A DNA stretch of 64,000 nucleotides from Antedon mediterranea. Its lineage: Eukaryota; Animalia; Echinodermata. This document shows, one piece after another, positions 46,301 to 60,750 of this stretch (positions within the stretch are counted from its first letter, which is position 1; each line of letters begins with the position of its first letter). A program made the translations under genes and the position numbers. The DNA is taken from contig NC_092677.1 of assembly GCF_964355755.1 (NCBI RefSeq), forward strand, positions 13,786,101 through 13,850,100, in the 5' to 3' direction. A model generated the notes under the pieces. It saw nothing but the letters and a program-made list of their open reading frames with translations. It was not told where the DNA came from and ran no database searches.

Positions 46301-49044
46301 TTTTTATGACTGTTATCTGTATGTATATATAAATTGTATGATAGTATATATATATATATATATATTTAATGTTATGTTATAATGTCGTGGTTCCAATGTA
46401 TCAATTCTGTAAATATTGTGGTATTAGCCTTCGAGCTATTTTACGTTTTATGATGATTTTTGCAATAAAGACCAATTTTTTTCCAATATAATGTAATTTT
46501 TCTAAGGTAAAATTACATGATTGACATTGTGTTCATTCGTATGTATACACTGCTTATACGCATATATTCTGCATTTTATATGGATAAATGAGCAAATAAT
46601 AAAAAACGAAAATTACATTGGTTTCATTTCATCATGAATTGTTTAACAATTATTTTTCCAAATGAAAATATTATTCGAAAGACAAACAAGGCCTAATTTA
46701 ATTGGTCAATAAAACGAAAGTTGTATCTACTAGACTATATGCGTTGATATGGGTTGGTTCATGAGCTAATAGGTTATCAATTACTGCGATTGAAAATGAC
46801 TTCCTTTATTAAGGTTAGTGTAATATTCACGTGAAACCAAGCTAAGTGTGAGACGCTAGACACGCATCCCGTCACACTTGGCGTAAATTAACGTTTTGGC
46901 GAAAGTCAGGAAGATCATAGTCTTACAGAGCGCGACTCATAGGCCTACTGTATGTCCCGAGTAAATCTCCCGCCGTTGTACTTGAGTTAAAGCAAAATGA
47001 GCTCGTGATCGGCGTGGTATACAGCTAATTACGATGCTCTAATTTAGTTAGTAAGCAACAGAATAAAGGAAAGCAGCTTCGTGTGAAAGCGGAAGTGGAG
47101 AAGACTTTGATCGTCTGTTTTCTCTCATTGTCACGTGGGAAGATTCTATAGAAGAATTAATGTTTATCACGTTATATCCCCTGTTAGCGGATTATTGTTT
47201 TTCCTTCATATTTCCTCTCGTTATCATAAGTTTGTGTTTGAAAGACTCCAGATAAACACAATTAAATTATGAATTTGCATTTCCAGGTGTTTGTAATTAT
47301 AAACCCTTTTACAAGAAATGCCGACAATTGTCTGAGAAGAAAAGTTGAGAATAAGGACATCGTGTGAAAATTAAGAGTTGTGATTACATTTTATAAGCTC
47401 GGTAAACTTTGCTAAGAAGAAGCATATAATTTGAAACGTGTGCACAACAATCAGCACGTAGGCCCGTGTTAAATGTGTGTCTATGGTATCTAACTTTAGT
47501 TTTTTAAATGATTGTATGATATTGAAACGACTTTTGAAAATAAACATAAATTTATTCTTTCATACACGTTTTTAAACGTGTTTCAAAACACGTTCGGCAA
47601 ATTGTCAATTTCAAATTAATCCGGGTTTTTTTCTACAGTTAACAAATCCAAAAAGTATCTTTTAAACTTATCGTCAGCCATGTATCATCCGAAATTAACA
47701 TTAAACAATAAAACCTGAAAGTTTTAAAATAGTTTAATAACTATACAACATGTTGAAAATAATATCCCCTCAATAGTAATATTAAATATTGTCAAATGAA
47801 TAACCAAAAGTGTAACAGAACCTCTGATGTTGGATACAGGAGACACTTTCCTGTGAACGAACATATTTTTCACATGTGACCCCTGATGATGTAAGTGGAC
47901 ACTTTGTTTGTCCCCTTAATAATAGGGGTTCTTTTTGTAGGCCTCTTATAACTCATAATCGCATCGAGCAGCTCATCAACGATATTTGTTTCAATCATTT
48001 GATAAGATAAGATAAATCTTTGTCATGACCACAAGGCGAACATGAAATTTGTTTTCCTTAATGCTTTCCTTACACATACAACACAGAAAAATATAACACT
48101 TAACAGTAATAAATATCAATACACTATAATATATGAAGAATAACATTAGGAAACGTACATGGTTACAAGAGGGATAAAAAACTTAACTATCCTTGAAATG
48201 TTGAGTTGGATACATGTATTGAGTTGTGGACAAATGATTTCCTACATCGAGTAGTATTGCATTTTAAAAGGCGGATTCTACCTGAATTATTGACTACATA
48301 TGCCTATTTGTTATTTAACGGATGTGAGCTATCCTCCATTATTTTGTTTTGACAGTATATTAGGCCTATTATAAATTTTACACTGTGCTACGCAACAAAT
48401 TTAATTATAGGCCTAATATAACAAGAAAATGCTTATGTAATAAATAAAATCAGATTTTTATTTAATCTAAACACCTGTAGAATACAGGAACTTGCATATC
48501 ACTTGTGCTTCTAAGTTCAACATATTCAATACGCCCACAGATACAATAGGCATAATAATATAACACTAACAGGTGACTATACTTAGTATAATAATCTTAC
48601 TTAAGTATTATACCTTATGTTTATGCCATCTTGACGATTGTATCTATCCGGATTTAATTTTTTTTTTTTAATGCATTTGTTAAAGCTTAGGAAAAAGGAC
48701 GAGGAAATGAACTCGTCTAAACGTGTAAAGGCAAACGAAATCTTAACTTATTTGAATAAAAATGTTTATTCTACTAATTCTCAGTGATGGAATCACGCTA
48801 CAAACGAAATACTGTATTTATATTCATCATGGTATATGTGATTAAGGCTATATCGTTTTTAGTTTAGTTTTTATTTCGCAAGGTTTCGTAAAATACAGTA
48901 GGCCTACTCTTTCAACTTTGATGTGATCACCAGGACGAGTTGGACGATCCACGTAGCATTCATGCATGTGTACGCATATCGGCTATTTGTTATATAAACA
49001 TGAGACAGCATAAACAAAGAATTAGTTGTATACTCTTAGCCTTA

Positions 49045-49208
49045 AGCTCTGTCTACACTACCAAACTAGTTTGACAAAAAAGTGTGATGTGTCCAAATAT
49101 GGTGGGGATATGCCCAAATATGGTAGTTATATGACATCATCATGTTCATAGGCCTATATGGCACATCACATTTTTGTCACATAAAGTTTGATAGTGTAGA
49201 CAGAACCT
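49045..49208. mobile_element. MITE family A copy
   Basis: TIRs plus core; contains a TAGGCCTA insertion at 49149. Confidence 0.85.
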
Positions 49209-50164
49209 TTTATTCAATTGTTTTTAACAATTTGTTTTTATTCCCTGCACATAACAGCATATTGCATTATAGGGCAAATAATACGATTTTCTATTTATAA
49301 TATCAATTTTTCTAACCAGCGTTCTTTTTGGGGAAGCCCCGTGTCGTATCAGCTTTCATTTTATACGATATTTCCTGACAATCTGTCTACAAGGAAGAGA
49401 TGTTAGTATTTTGTAATTTTATCATTTTTTGTACAGTTTTTTTACCTATATTTTGTGTTATGTGTTGAAGCACCAGCCACCACAAATAAATTAAGAGAGA
49501 CAATTAGGTTCGCCACTAATAATTATCAAGTAAAGTCTATCTGCTGGTCGGATAGGATTTGGCAAAAAAATGTAATAAGCAGCCTACATTTACACGTACT
49601 AGCAGCTTCACCACTGGTCCCCAGTTTGAAAAAGAGTAGGGTACTTCAAGAAAAAATAGGTCTAAGCTTTGGTAAATATTTTTTTACCACACCTGTACGA
49701 TAAATGAAAAGATTTTTATCTTATTTTTTATATTATTATTTTAGAAAAATATAGTAGGCCCTAGCATTTACTAGTCGATATGGCCATATTTGGTCTGATG
49801 AAACATGCATACGTACTGGAATTATGTACAATTAGATAACATATTTCATGGGATGTTATGAACTTGAATTCGTACGGTAATGATGTAGGTATAATGTAAA
49901 TACAGCTGTAGCAATGCATGCCTGTTGAACCAAAGTTCAAAACTAACCTTGCCTCGTTATCACATTATGAAACATATTGCAGTGTTGAGATAATAAGACC
50001 ATAATGATAGTATTATTGAATACGTTTTGTAGTAATTAATTATATTAATTGGAGTCATATATACCCCCATACGTGGAAAATGCCTTTATGCTAATTGCTT
50101 TGTGTAGCTACAGCAGTCAGCAGTGCAGCGCCTACCTGATCAGCACCAGACGATCCCCTACTAT

Positions 50165-50320
50165 TTGCGAATTATGTACCAAGTTATATAACGTGCACTA
50201 CTATACACTGGACCAACGACTTTACATCCCATCCGAAGGACGAGGCAATGAGAGTAAAGCATTTTGCCTTAGGATACAATCAGTATGGTAAGATAGGCTC
50301 GAACCCATGCCTATCAAATG
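50165..50320 (-). mobile_element. SINE fragment, second family
   Basis: Minus strand GGGTTCGAGCC B box, CCTAAGGCAAAATGCTT, CCTTCGGATGGGATGTAAA. Confidence 0.55.
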
Positions 50321-51221
50321 CTAGTCCGATATTATTTTACCTGGAATATACAGCCAGATGGTCTCCCATCCACAGCGCAACCAGGCCCAACGTTTGTGTA
50401 TAATCAATTCCAACGTCAGGCGGACCTGATGTTCTTAAATATATTGACATTTATAAATACTGTAATATATACACACTGTAGTGTACTGTATATTTATCAC
50501 AATGTAATATTAAATGTTGTTTTCTTTTATTTTCCCCCGTATTTTCCTTATTGCGTGTTGTGTAATAACACGTATACATGTTTAGGTCAACAACCCGTTT
50601 ATACGACTTACAAGGTAGGCCTACAGTGGTACTAAGTACCGTACTTAACAGGTTTATGATATACAGTTAGAACAGATACAACATTTAACTTGTTTTAGGA
50701 AATAGTAACGATAATTGTATTGAAGATGGCTTGAAACGGATATTATCTCACAATAAAGCCACTTATATCTTGAAATGCACATGCATTAATTACCTGTAAC
50801 CACTTCACGGTAGCGGTAACCATACTTCCAGGTATAAGAATAAATAACATTAACATTATAATGTGTATCCTTCTATGAAAATTTTAATATTATGTTTGTC
50901 CTTCACCCCTCGCAACCTCTTATACACCACGGATTTACAGAGCTTACCTAACGCGGTTCATGTCCTACATTATAATATACAACCTGGTAATTTCCTTCGG
51001 TTAATCTAGCTGCTTTTTTTTACGAAGCCGGATAGTAATATAATATTGCGACAAAGGTTTTAAGTTAAACACTGATTTCCTTCCTTCCTTCATTTTTTAC
51101 AATTCAGTAACTTATTATTTTCAAACAATAAACAATTAACATGTTTCAGGTACACTGTACATAGATAGTTAATGTTACGTGAGACTTGCTATTATGCAAC
51201 CAGTTCTAAAATCTAGATATT

Positions 51222-51508
51222 AATAATAATAATAATAATATCCTGGATTTATCTAGCGCCTAATGTTGTGAAACCTCTAAGCGCTAAACATTATTACCCA
51301 AGTCATGGGAAACTTACTCCCACAATGCAGATAGTAATCAGTAAGAATTGTGTCTTGATCATAACCGGGTTCCCATTTATACACCTGGTGGGGAAAGGCA
51401 AACGTAAGTAAAGTGTCTTGTCTAAGGATAGAAGCAATGCGGCGAGAGTTAGATTCGAACCTCGATCTCACGATGAGTAGTCGAACGTCCAAGACAATGC
51501 GCCACACC
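51222..51508 (-). mobile_element. tRNA-derived SINE with L2-like tail and (ATT)n end
   Basis: Same head and core as 13745; tail AGCGCTTAGAG...GGCGCTAGATAAAT...ATTATTATT. Confidence 0.8.
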
Positions 51509-52513
51509 AAATTGTTGGCGTCATATTAATAAACCGAAATGAATGCATCAATACATTCCATATTTGGTTGAAATCATGCCAACCCACTGCCAGTCGTCAT
51601 TAATCGCGGATAAAGATAATCGAATGTTCAATGCAAATACTATTTTACGGTACCTGGAGATCAAGTTTAAAGTTCAATAAAATATCTACGATCCTTATAA
51701 GTCCTGCATCATTATTTCAAGTGGGCTGCAGAATCACCCTTTGAAACCCTGGAATAATCCGCCCAATTCAAGTGCTGTATCTCAACTTATGCTAGTGATA
51801 GTGTACAGTATCATAGTCAAATGCCATAATACAGCATTTCACGTGTATCACATGAGCTGCCTGCATATCATTTATCCGGTTAGGGTCTATGATACATTCG
51901 TGGCATGTGAAACACATGTGACTTTGTATCAGGGATTTTGCCTATTGACACATATATAGTATCGTGTATCTATCGACTACAACGTGACTAAGTTGGGCAT
52001 AACTTATATTGGATATATACATATATATTTTATATTTTATTTTTATATATAACATCACCTGTAAGTTGGAACATTGTTGTTGTTGTTGGAATGTTTATAT
52101 AAATAAATAATAAATATGTCTAGTCTTATTTATTTTATGGTTCACTACAATAAATCATTTAATTTATTTTATCGAAAATTCGGTTCGTGTATACGGTACA
52201 TTTTGACAGTGACTCTCGAATAATCGTCGTACCCACCTTCTTCCTCGTTGATACTTCAGACGTGAATTAACTCCTATATGTAAGGAAATGTCGACACATG
52301 CATCTTGAATAAAGTACCGCTTCTTAGAAAAAACTTTAGTCAGATTTTCCCATTTTCTTTTGTTAATCGTGATATTGATAAAGGAATATAGATATAATGA
52401 ATACAATAATCTGCGAACTTGGCCTAGATTTTACAATACTTTGCCAATATTCTGATATCATCATTGTTTCACAGTATTGTAGCCTAATAGACAATTTTTA
52501 ACCAAGCCTACTA

Positions 52514-52790
52514 GTAATAACAATAATAATAGCGCCTCATGTTGTGAAATCTCTAAGCGGTCATTTTTTTGCATCAAACACCTATGGAAACATACTCCCA
52601 TAATGCAGCTAGTAATCAGCGCAAAGTTGTTTCTTGATCTAACCGGGTACCCATTTATACACCAGGGTGGAGGGAGAGAGGCAAACGTAAGCAAAGTATC
52701 TTGCCTAAGACTACAAGCAATAGGGCGAGAGTTGGATTCGAACCACGGTCTCACGATCAGTAGTCCACCGTCCAACACACTGCGCCACAT
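52514..52790 (-). mobile_element. tRNA-derived SINE, same family
   Basis: GGTTCGAATCC B box, CTTAGGCAAGATACTT core, (ATT)n-like tail. Confidence 0.8.
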
Positions 52791-54175
52791 ACCCTTATCT
52801 GAGCCACATACTGTATCAGTATGAGTTGAATAAAGTAATTTGTATGTTTTAAAAATGAAATGCTTTTATTTCTTCATCCATATGATGTATTTTCAATAAA
52901 ATAAAAAAGAAATTTCAAAATTTATGAATCGCTAATTAGTTCTACAGGTATATAGTCTAGGTTAGACCGAAATTAATAAAATGATACATATTTTGTGTGG
53001 CGTTTCATACGTATAATACTTGAGCTCACACTTTCAGACAAAAATCAAAACGCCGACTGGTGTATTCTCATAAAAAAGACAATAACTACAGTCTATTTAT
53101 CACTAGTCTGATTTCTCCAAACCAAGTCTTACAATTTTATAAGCTACCGTATAGTATCGTCAGCAAAAAAACTGGAGCTGTACCAGGATTTGAACCAACA
53201 TGTGTGAGCAAGCATGTCAACCAACAAGCCACAGTGCCACTACAAACAAATCATAACTCAGGTTTAGGAAGAAAATATATTCTAAATTTAATCTTTATTT
53301 TTCTTTAAAAAATATCCTTCATTAGATTTATTTTAATATCATTTGTCAACGAATACGAAGGTCAATGTTGATCTGTAACACTTTCTTCAACTAGTGAAGA
53401 AACGGCACGGGTGTCGTAAATCATTTGTTGATATGTTTCATTTTTTGATAATAAAAGATATAAATAGTTATTTATTTTATCAAAAAGGTATGAAGGGATT
53501 ATGAAACATGGTTATTGCATTCACTGGTGATGAATTAAACAATGGAAATATTGTATATATTTTAACATAAAATATTGTTTTGATTATTGAACATTACATA
53601 AACGATGCAATAAGAATATTGGTGTCATAATTTTAACATTTTGCACATTTTGTTGAGTCATAATAACATAAACTGAGGAGCCCAATATTATAATACAACA
53701 ATTGGAAAGCAAGAGGCTTATGGAAATAAAAGAAAAATATTTTCTCTTTTTTTTGTACTTTGAAAATACAAACAAAGTATATAGAAATGTCAGTATCTTT
53801 GATTTGCTGAAAATAACTATAGATTTAAGTAGTTGAATTATTAGTTGTTTTTTTTTTGGCGAAATTTTGAAATATAAAATGGTTTTAAAGTAATGTTTAT
53901 CTAATTGTTATTACATAATAATGTAATTAATAATAAATATAATTATAAATGTACTATTGAAATGTATTTACAGTGGCAGTGAAGTTATTCATAAATCAAC
54001 ATAACCTAAAAGGTTTAAACCAGTCGAAACGAACCTTGTAGGCCTATTTAAAAGGACGAGACTGGCTTCATTTTTTGAATCGTGGAAAGGGAGAAAAAGG
54101 CCTTTTAGAAAATTTTCCCAATTGAGGATCCATTCTTCATGTTTCTTATCGCTTTCTAAATTTCCACATTTGTCA

Positions 54176-54425
54176 ATATCACGAGAAACATGAGCATGGT
54201 CTCTGTAGGCCTACTTAACTAGATGGAGTAAAGGTTTTTTTAACCCAATAGCTCGTGATTATAGAAATGCTCATAGGAAACATGTATCTATCTAGCTAGT
54301 GAGTTTAAATATCACGGGAAACATGAACATGATCTCTGTAGGCCTACCGTACTTAACTAGATGGAGTAAAGTTTTTTTAACCCAATAGCTCGTGATTATA
54401 AATGCTCAGGAAACATGTATCTCTC
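54176..54425. repeat. ~130-bp tandem duplication
   Basis: ATATCACG.GAAACATG...GAAACATGTATCT present twice (from ~54176 and ~54309). Confidence 0.88.
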
Positions 54426-55801
54426 TATTTTGTGATTTAGAGAAAATGAAAGAGTGAACGAAACATCACGTTGCCTGGATTGATCTCGTTAGAGTTTGAT
54501 TGAAGTGATTTCTAGGCTAATCTGCGCAATAAAAACATAATTGAATGTTTCCTCTTTTGGCTCTTAGGCTACGACCTTTTAAATAGATTCCAATATAGTT
54601 TTCTATGGAACGCCGCGACTGTATTCTATCATTAAGACCCACTGCTTTTTTATCATTAATATTATACTTATCATAACTCGGTGCGATGTACCATTTTTGT
54701 TCAAACTTCCTCCACCCACTTTACGCAGCGCACCGGCGGTAGTACTGTATTAGTATGTTGAACCCCAGCGGAGAGGAAGTTTCTTCACGTTCCGTGGTCG
54801 GAAATTATAGATAGAGATCTACAGGTTGTCTAACCAATTGTTTGGTCAATGTCGATTAATAAAGTTCCATGGGGTCAGGTACCGGTAAGTCATATGTAGG
54901 GTTATCTCCAAATGTGCTCAGATAGTACATTACTTCGTTCATCCATTATCAAAAATAGTCTTGATTCAATAAACCATTTAGTATGTTTCTATATTAAAAA
55001 TAACGCATGGGAATTTACCTGTATACGTTTTCAATTATATTGCCTTTGTTATCACTTTGTTCTTAGCCTTCACGGGACTGCGAGGCAGTAATATAATTAT
55101 AATTTGTGTCTAATATAGCTCGTATGCGCTATAAATATTCAGTCTACTGAGATAGCCATGGACTTATTCCATTGGGAATTATGGATTACTAAGAATTTGG
55201 TAATTCAATATCGCACGCTCGATTGAGCGCTACTACTGTAGTTAGCATAACTTTGAACAAATGCCTACGATACCATAAATAGTTTGATAAATATCTATAT
55301 CGGATTAATATCCCGAACAAATACAATAATTATATACCATTAGATTGTTGTACGCGTTAATAACTTTCGATTTTACGCTGAATTAGACAAATGGTGAAAG
55401 CGAAATCAACATTAACTTCCGTTTTTTCGAAGTAGGCCAACCTACAGGTTTAATAATAGAAAGTTGTAGTGTTGATTTACATTCAGCTCCAATAGTTATA
55501 GTTTTAATTGTAAGATGACGATGATTACTTGACTCGCGGTTTTAAAAGTGCTACTCGTCTGAACGAGTGTTTCCGGAAAATTAGGCCTAAATTGTCTTAT
55601 CTGTTTCATTAATAATAAATAAAACAGTTATATCCATCTTAATACAAACGATATCTATACATCAAAATAAGCAAACATACCAGTATGTTATGTATAAATA
55701 TGAACTTCTGAACCACTGATTTGCGTATTGCTGCTGTTTGTTCAAACACTATGTCATGCTTCATGTGAACGGTCTTCTGTTCCAATAGACTTTGTGTACT
55801 A

Positions 55802-56190
55802 AACGTAACAATTAACCACTGACGCAATTCATCACCAACCTCATCATCAATACCAACGTAACATAAACCTCAAACGTAACACAGGTCAACCACTAACGTA
55901 ACAATTAACCACTGACGCAATTCAACCAACATCATCACCAACATCATCAATACCAACGTAAAATAAACCTCGAACGTAGCACAGGTCAACCACTAACGTA
56001 ACAATTAACCACTGACGCAATTCGACCAATATCATCACCAACATCATCATCAATAACAACGTAACATAAACCTCGAACGTAGCACAGGTCAACCACTAAC
56101 GTAACAATTAACCACTGACGCAATTCGACCAATATCATCACCAACATCATCATCAATAACAACGTAACATAAACCTCGAACGTAACAATC
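55802..56190. repeat. 93-103-bp tandem repeat, ~4 copies
   Basis: CGTAACAATTAACCACTGACGCAATTC at 55804, 55897, 55997 and 56100. Confidence 0.9.
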
Positions 56191-56528
56191 AATTAACTAT
56201 CAATATTTTTTCAACTTGCACAATGGACGTAATAATCGTATGAAGCGTTAGAAACGTTAACATTCTGGTTATTACTTCGACAGGAAAAAAACAGCCTTAA
56301 CGTAAATACCTGTTAAGTTTGTGCGGTAATTTAACAGATTAGTGGTTGATTGTATACGTTAATAGTTAATTCCACTATACAGTGGTTGCTTTTTGTTACG
56401 TTCGTGTTATATATTTAGTTAAGCTGTTGATTTATGTTACAAACTCCTTAGAAAATCATCATAAGTAAAAGAAGATCAACCAAATTAATATTTTACTTTG
56501 TATTTTCCTTCAAATCTATTTGCACTAA

Positions 56529-56659
56529 AGATATGTCTACACTATCAAACTTTATGTGACAAAAAATGTGACGTGCCCATATGGACAGGATGAAGTCATA
56601 TAACTTCCATATTTGGGTGCATCACACTTTTTTGTTAGTTTGATAGTGTAGACAGAGCT
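56529..56659. mobile_element. MITE family A copy (reverse)
   Basis: TIRs plus core; flanks TAA/TAA. Confidence 0.8.
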
Positions 56660-56726
56660 TAAAGGCCTACAAATTTATTTGACGTCAAGAATGTCTTTTT
56701 TCTTATCCAATCGATCCAAGTGGAAC

Positions 56727-57160
56727 TGATTGATTGATTGATTGAATTTATTTGGTTCATACATAAAATACATTATAAAATAGACGATAAACAGTACATC
56801 AAATTCAAAAGACAACACCAGAAAAGTACAAAAAAACAGAAGGTGTCAAACAATGGAAACAGAACAAAATGAACCAAGGATAATTAGATAAAGTTTCACA
56901 TTTTCAGTGTAACTTATTTCCATCTAAGTCCTTATGTACATTTAACTGAGACAAATTGACATCTTTAAAAAAGTTATTTAAACAAAAAAGTAAACGCAAT
57001 TTCATAAGAGAGAAACAAAAAGAAACATTATGAAACACAACTGAAGTTACTTTTCTTGGTCTTGATAAGAAATGTTTGTATGGAGTACAGTATATTTTTT
57101 TTAAATGTTTAAATGTTTTTTTGTATGAACACAGAATAAATTTGTTTATTTTAGACACCT
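56727..57160 (-). mobile_element. Probable LINE 3' end with AATAAA and (TCAA)n tail
   Basis: GATTGATTGAATTTATTTGGTTCATACATAAAATACA is also found at ~9326-9358. Confidence 0.5.
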
Positions 57161-57594
57161 TTATTATATCGGGCCTTTATCGTTCTAAATTTAGTCCAAC
57201 CACACGTCCTTCTATTCGCTACGGTAGCCTTACCACCGTAATTATATAAAACTTCCGCTGTGTAGTTAGCTCTTCACCTATACAACTACTAATTAATCGT
57301 TAACAAATGAATTGCGGTTTTCCCCGATTTCATCAAAAGATACACTAAAGCCAGACTGAAACATTCTCTTACAGGCTAATAAATTTGAAACAATTTAACA
57401 GGGGAGGGGGGGGGGGAGTATAAAGCAAAGAATGAAGTGACTTGAAAACAGGATTAGAAAGAGTATTATTATAGTATTGACGGTAATTTCTATTTTATTC
57501 TTTCAGTACACCCAGAGGAGACGTTATTGACGTTATACTAAATATAAGCATTATAACTAAGTAAGTGTTGATTGATTGGATGTTCTTTAGCTTA

Positions 57595-57712
57595 AGCTCT
57601 GACAACAACATTGTGATGTGCCTATATATGGACACGATGACGTCATATAACCACCATATTTGGACACATCACACTTTTGTTGTCAAACTATTTCGATAGT
57701 GTTATCAGAGCT
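57595..57712. mobile_element. MITE family A copy (reverse)
   Basis: AGCTCTG...CAGAGCT ends, flanks TTA/TTA. Confidence 0.78.
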
Positions 57713-60316
57713 TTAGCGTGAAGAAAAGAAATGTCAAGATATCATAAAGTACGTCAGTGCCGAATTTATGTTGAAAAAGAAGGTTCGAGGTTTTAAAAAT
57801 TACTCAACTTAAACAAATATCCTATCTTTTTGAATGCAAATGTTCGACATTTAGTGGTTGATTTTGATCTGCCTATGAACTAACTACTGCATATGCATCT
57901 ACTTTCTTAGTCTGGGTTCCAGATGAAATTTTGTCTTAATATTAGTAAAAGATAAATATTTTGCCACATATGGCGTTTCAGATGTATACTACTTGAGCTT
58001 GGATGTTTTCAGACAAAAAATCGAAATACAAACAAATAAATAAAAAAATAAAGTCTACTACTTCCTATACATCTGCCTCTACGTCTCCTCAACATAAACG
58101 TATTAATAAACAACATTTCGACTACATACAGCTACTGATACTTTATGTTAGAGCACGTGGAGGAGGTTGGAGAGGGACGTTTCTTTGCCGGTTTCTTAAA
58201 AAATGATAAACGAAAATCATTGTTTTTAATCGTGCATCCGCCATATATCACGTGAATAAAGTATAGCATTTATTCAATATTGATTCATTATTATTGAATT
58301 CGTCATTCGACGAAACAGATCCAGTGTTTAATGGAACTGCTGTTCTGAACTGTTGCGGAACTGTAATTGATAGTCAACAACAACATTTATCTAGAAACAG
58401 AAATAAAAACAACATACATTAATTATAATAAATAGGTAATTGCTATCATTACATTCATATACCGAGGATCCGTTACATGACAAGACCTAACGTAACTTCA
58501 ATTGTATAGTTTCTTATATCCCTACTTGTATTAGTATGCCTATACGGGTTGGATTTTAAATTAGAGGATGAATTACTGATTCATTTACAGTTTGAACGCA
58601 CTTTTGTAATACACAGTTTTTGTGAGGTAAAGGAGGTTACGCGACTGGATTATACTATCAGTAACACGACCTTGATAATAAAGCACAATTAATATATGTA
58701 GGCGTTATTGGTATAAAACCATTTAATACTTTAAATCGCAAGGCAAAATAAAACAATTTGAAGGGATCGTTTTTCGCAGAATATGTTATAAGAAAATATT
58801 CCAGTTAAAAACATGGGTGTATGGTGGGTGTTAATATGGGACAGTATGTTACGGAAAAGATCGAATTGGATTTCACTAGACCCGTGTCCAACAATAATCA
58901 TCATTTGTTGGACACTTCACTTTTACAACAGGGGCACACTTTGATGATAAAGGTGCGTCCAATTAATAACTTAAAATAACATAACAAAAAAAAATACAAA
59001 ACAATAACATGTGTGACATACACAACATAAAAGTCATACAAAAAATATAATATTATTAGGCCTAACTTAAAATGAATTGAAATAATTGTAAAAACAAAAC
59101 GAACAAGAAATCTTCTGTGTATACTGTATTATTAACTATTCAACAATCCTCTTGATTACGTAACTGCAGTATCGGATGTAAGTACTTAATTATCGATTAT
59201 ATGAAATTCAGTATTGATACAGTAGGCCCACTGTAGACGTCCAGTAGGCCTATATATGCGGTAGTATTATCGGATAGGTAGTGCAGTGTGCATCGGTTAA
59301 ATGTACTGCAGTATAGGTACGGTAATGTTATAAGCTATAAGGTACCACACAATATATCGGTTATATACACATACTGTATTAATAAAGGATAACATTCAGA
59401 TTTTCACCTCGCTGTGACGTAAGAATAATACGGAAGTTAATATAATTTTGCGAACGGTATTTTGTTGATCGTGGTTGATATATTGATTGACAATAATAAT
59501 CGATATTTCTCCGGTGCTTTCTCTTTTATCCGCCGTTGATGTCTAAATTAATCTTTGCTTATCTCAGAATGTCTTCCGCAAACCATAATTACATTTCTTG
59601 TTTTCGGACATAAAATTGTAGAATTACTTTGTCAAGTTTGGCATGGTTTTCTTGTCATGTCACTCTTTTTATTGCGGTAATTACTACCTCGATCGGTGGG
59701 CCTAAAATACTAACCCTTGTCAAACCTTAGGGAGAACTTTTCTAAGATTATCACTGATACGCAATTGTATGATTTCCTTCGTAATCAGATAATTCTTCTG
59801 AATCACACATATGTTGTCCCCAGACACGTCGTTCGCTTATTAATAACAACTATTAATTTTAAATAATGTATTTATTGCTGTAATTGCATGGTATCCTAAA
59901 CCACATGACTTGATTTATATTTGTTTTAATCCTACTATTTTTAAACTATTTCTTAAGGAAGTGTTTTTATATCCACCAGGTGATTTTATTTTCGTGTCAT
60001 GAACATTCTGTTTATTTGCATCAGTTTTATGATACAGAATTGTTGGCGTGAAAGGAACTAATGAAGCAGATCCTCCATTTATTTTTAGAAGTTTATTTCA
60101 GTCACAAGATTCTCCTGTTTTAAAGTCTGCAAGCTGAATAATAAGGCCTCGTAACATAAAGCTTAAAATAACATTTAAACTAAACCTACAACAATTTCAG
60201 ACTAGTAAACTCAGATTTTATTTGAATATATATAATTATATATATATATATATAATCTACTAAGTAAATATTAGTATTAATTAATTTAGAATTTAAATGT
60301 TATGGTTTTTATCTTA

Positions 60317-60468
60317 AGCTCTATCTACACTATCAAACTTTATGTGACAAAAAATGTGATGTGCCTATAATGGACATGATGATATCATATAACTACCGTA
60401 TTTAAGTATATCACTACCATATTTAGGCACATCACACTTCAAACTAGTTTGATAGTGTAGACAAAGCT
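60317..60468. mobile_element. MITE family A copy (reverse)
   Basis: TIRs plus core. Confidence 0.85.
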
Positions 60469-60591
60469 TAAGTATTTTTTAGATCTTTGTTTTCTGGACA
60501 CCCATCATTGGGTTGGATCTAGCATATTAAGATCTAAGATATTTTAGTTTAGTACACTATTAGTCTTCTTTCATCGGATCTAGAAAACTAA

Positions 60592-60750
60592 AGCTCTGTC
60601 TACCATATCCAACTAGTTTGATCTGACAAAAAAAGTGTGATGTGCCCAATGGTAGTGATATACCCAAATATGGTAGTGATATGACATCATCATATCCATA
60701 TTGGGAACATCACATTTGTTTGATAGCAGATTGATAGTGTAGACAGAGCT
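60592..60750. mobile_element. MITE family A copy
   Basis: TIRs plus core. Confidence 0.82.

Noticed and set aside
46841-46882. Hairpin GCTAAGTGTGA...TCACACTTGGC as pre-miRNA
   Set aside because: Stem too short and no recognisable mature miRNA.
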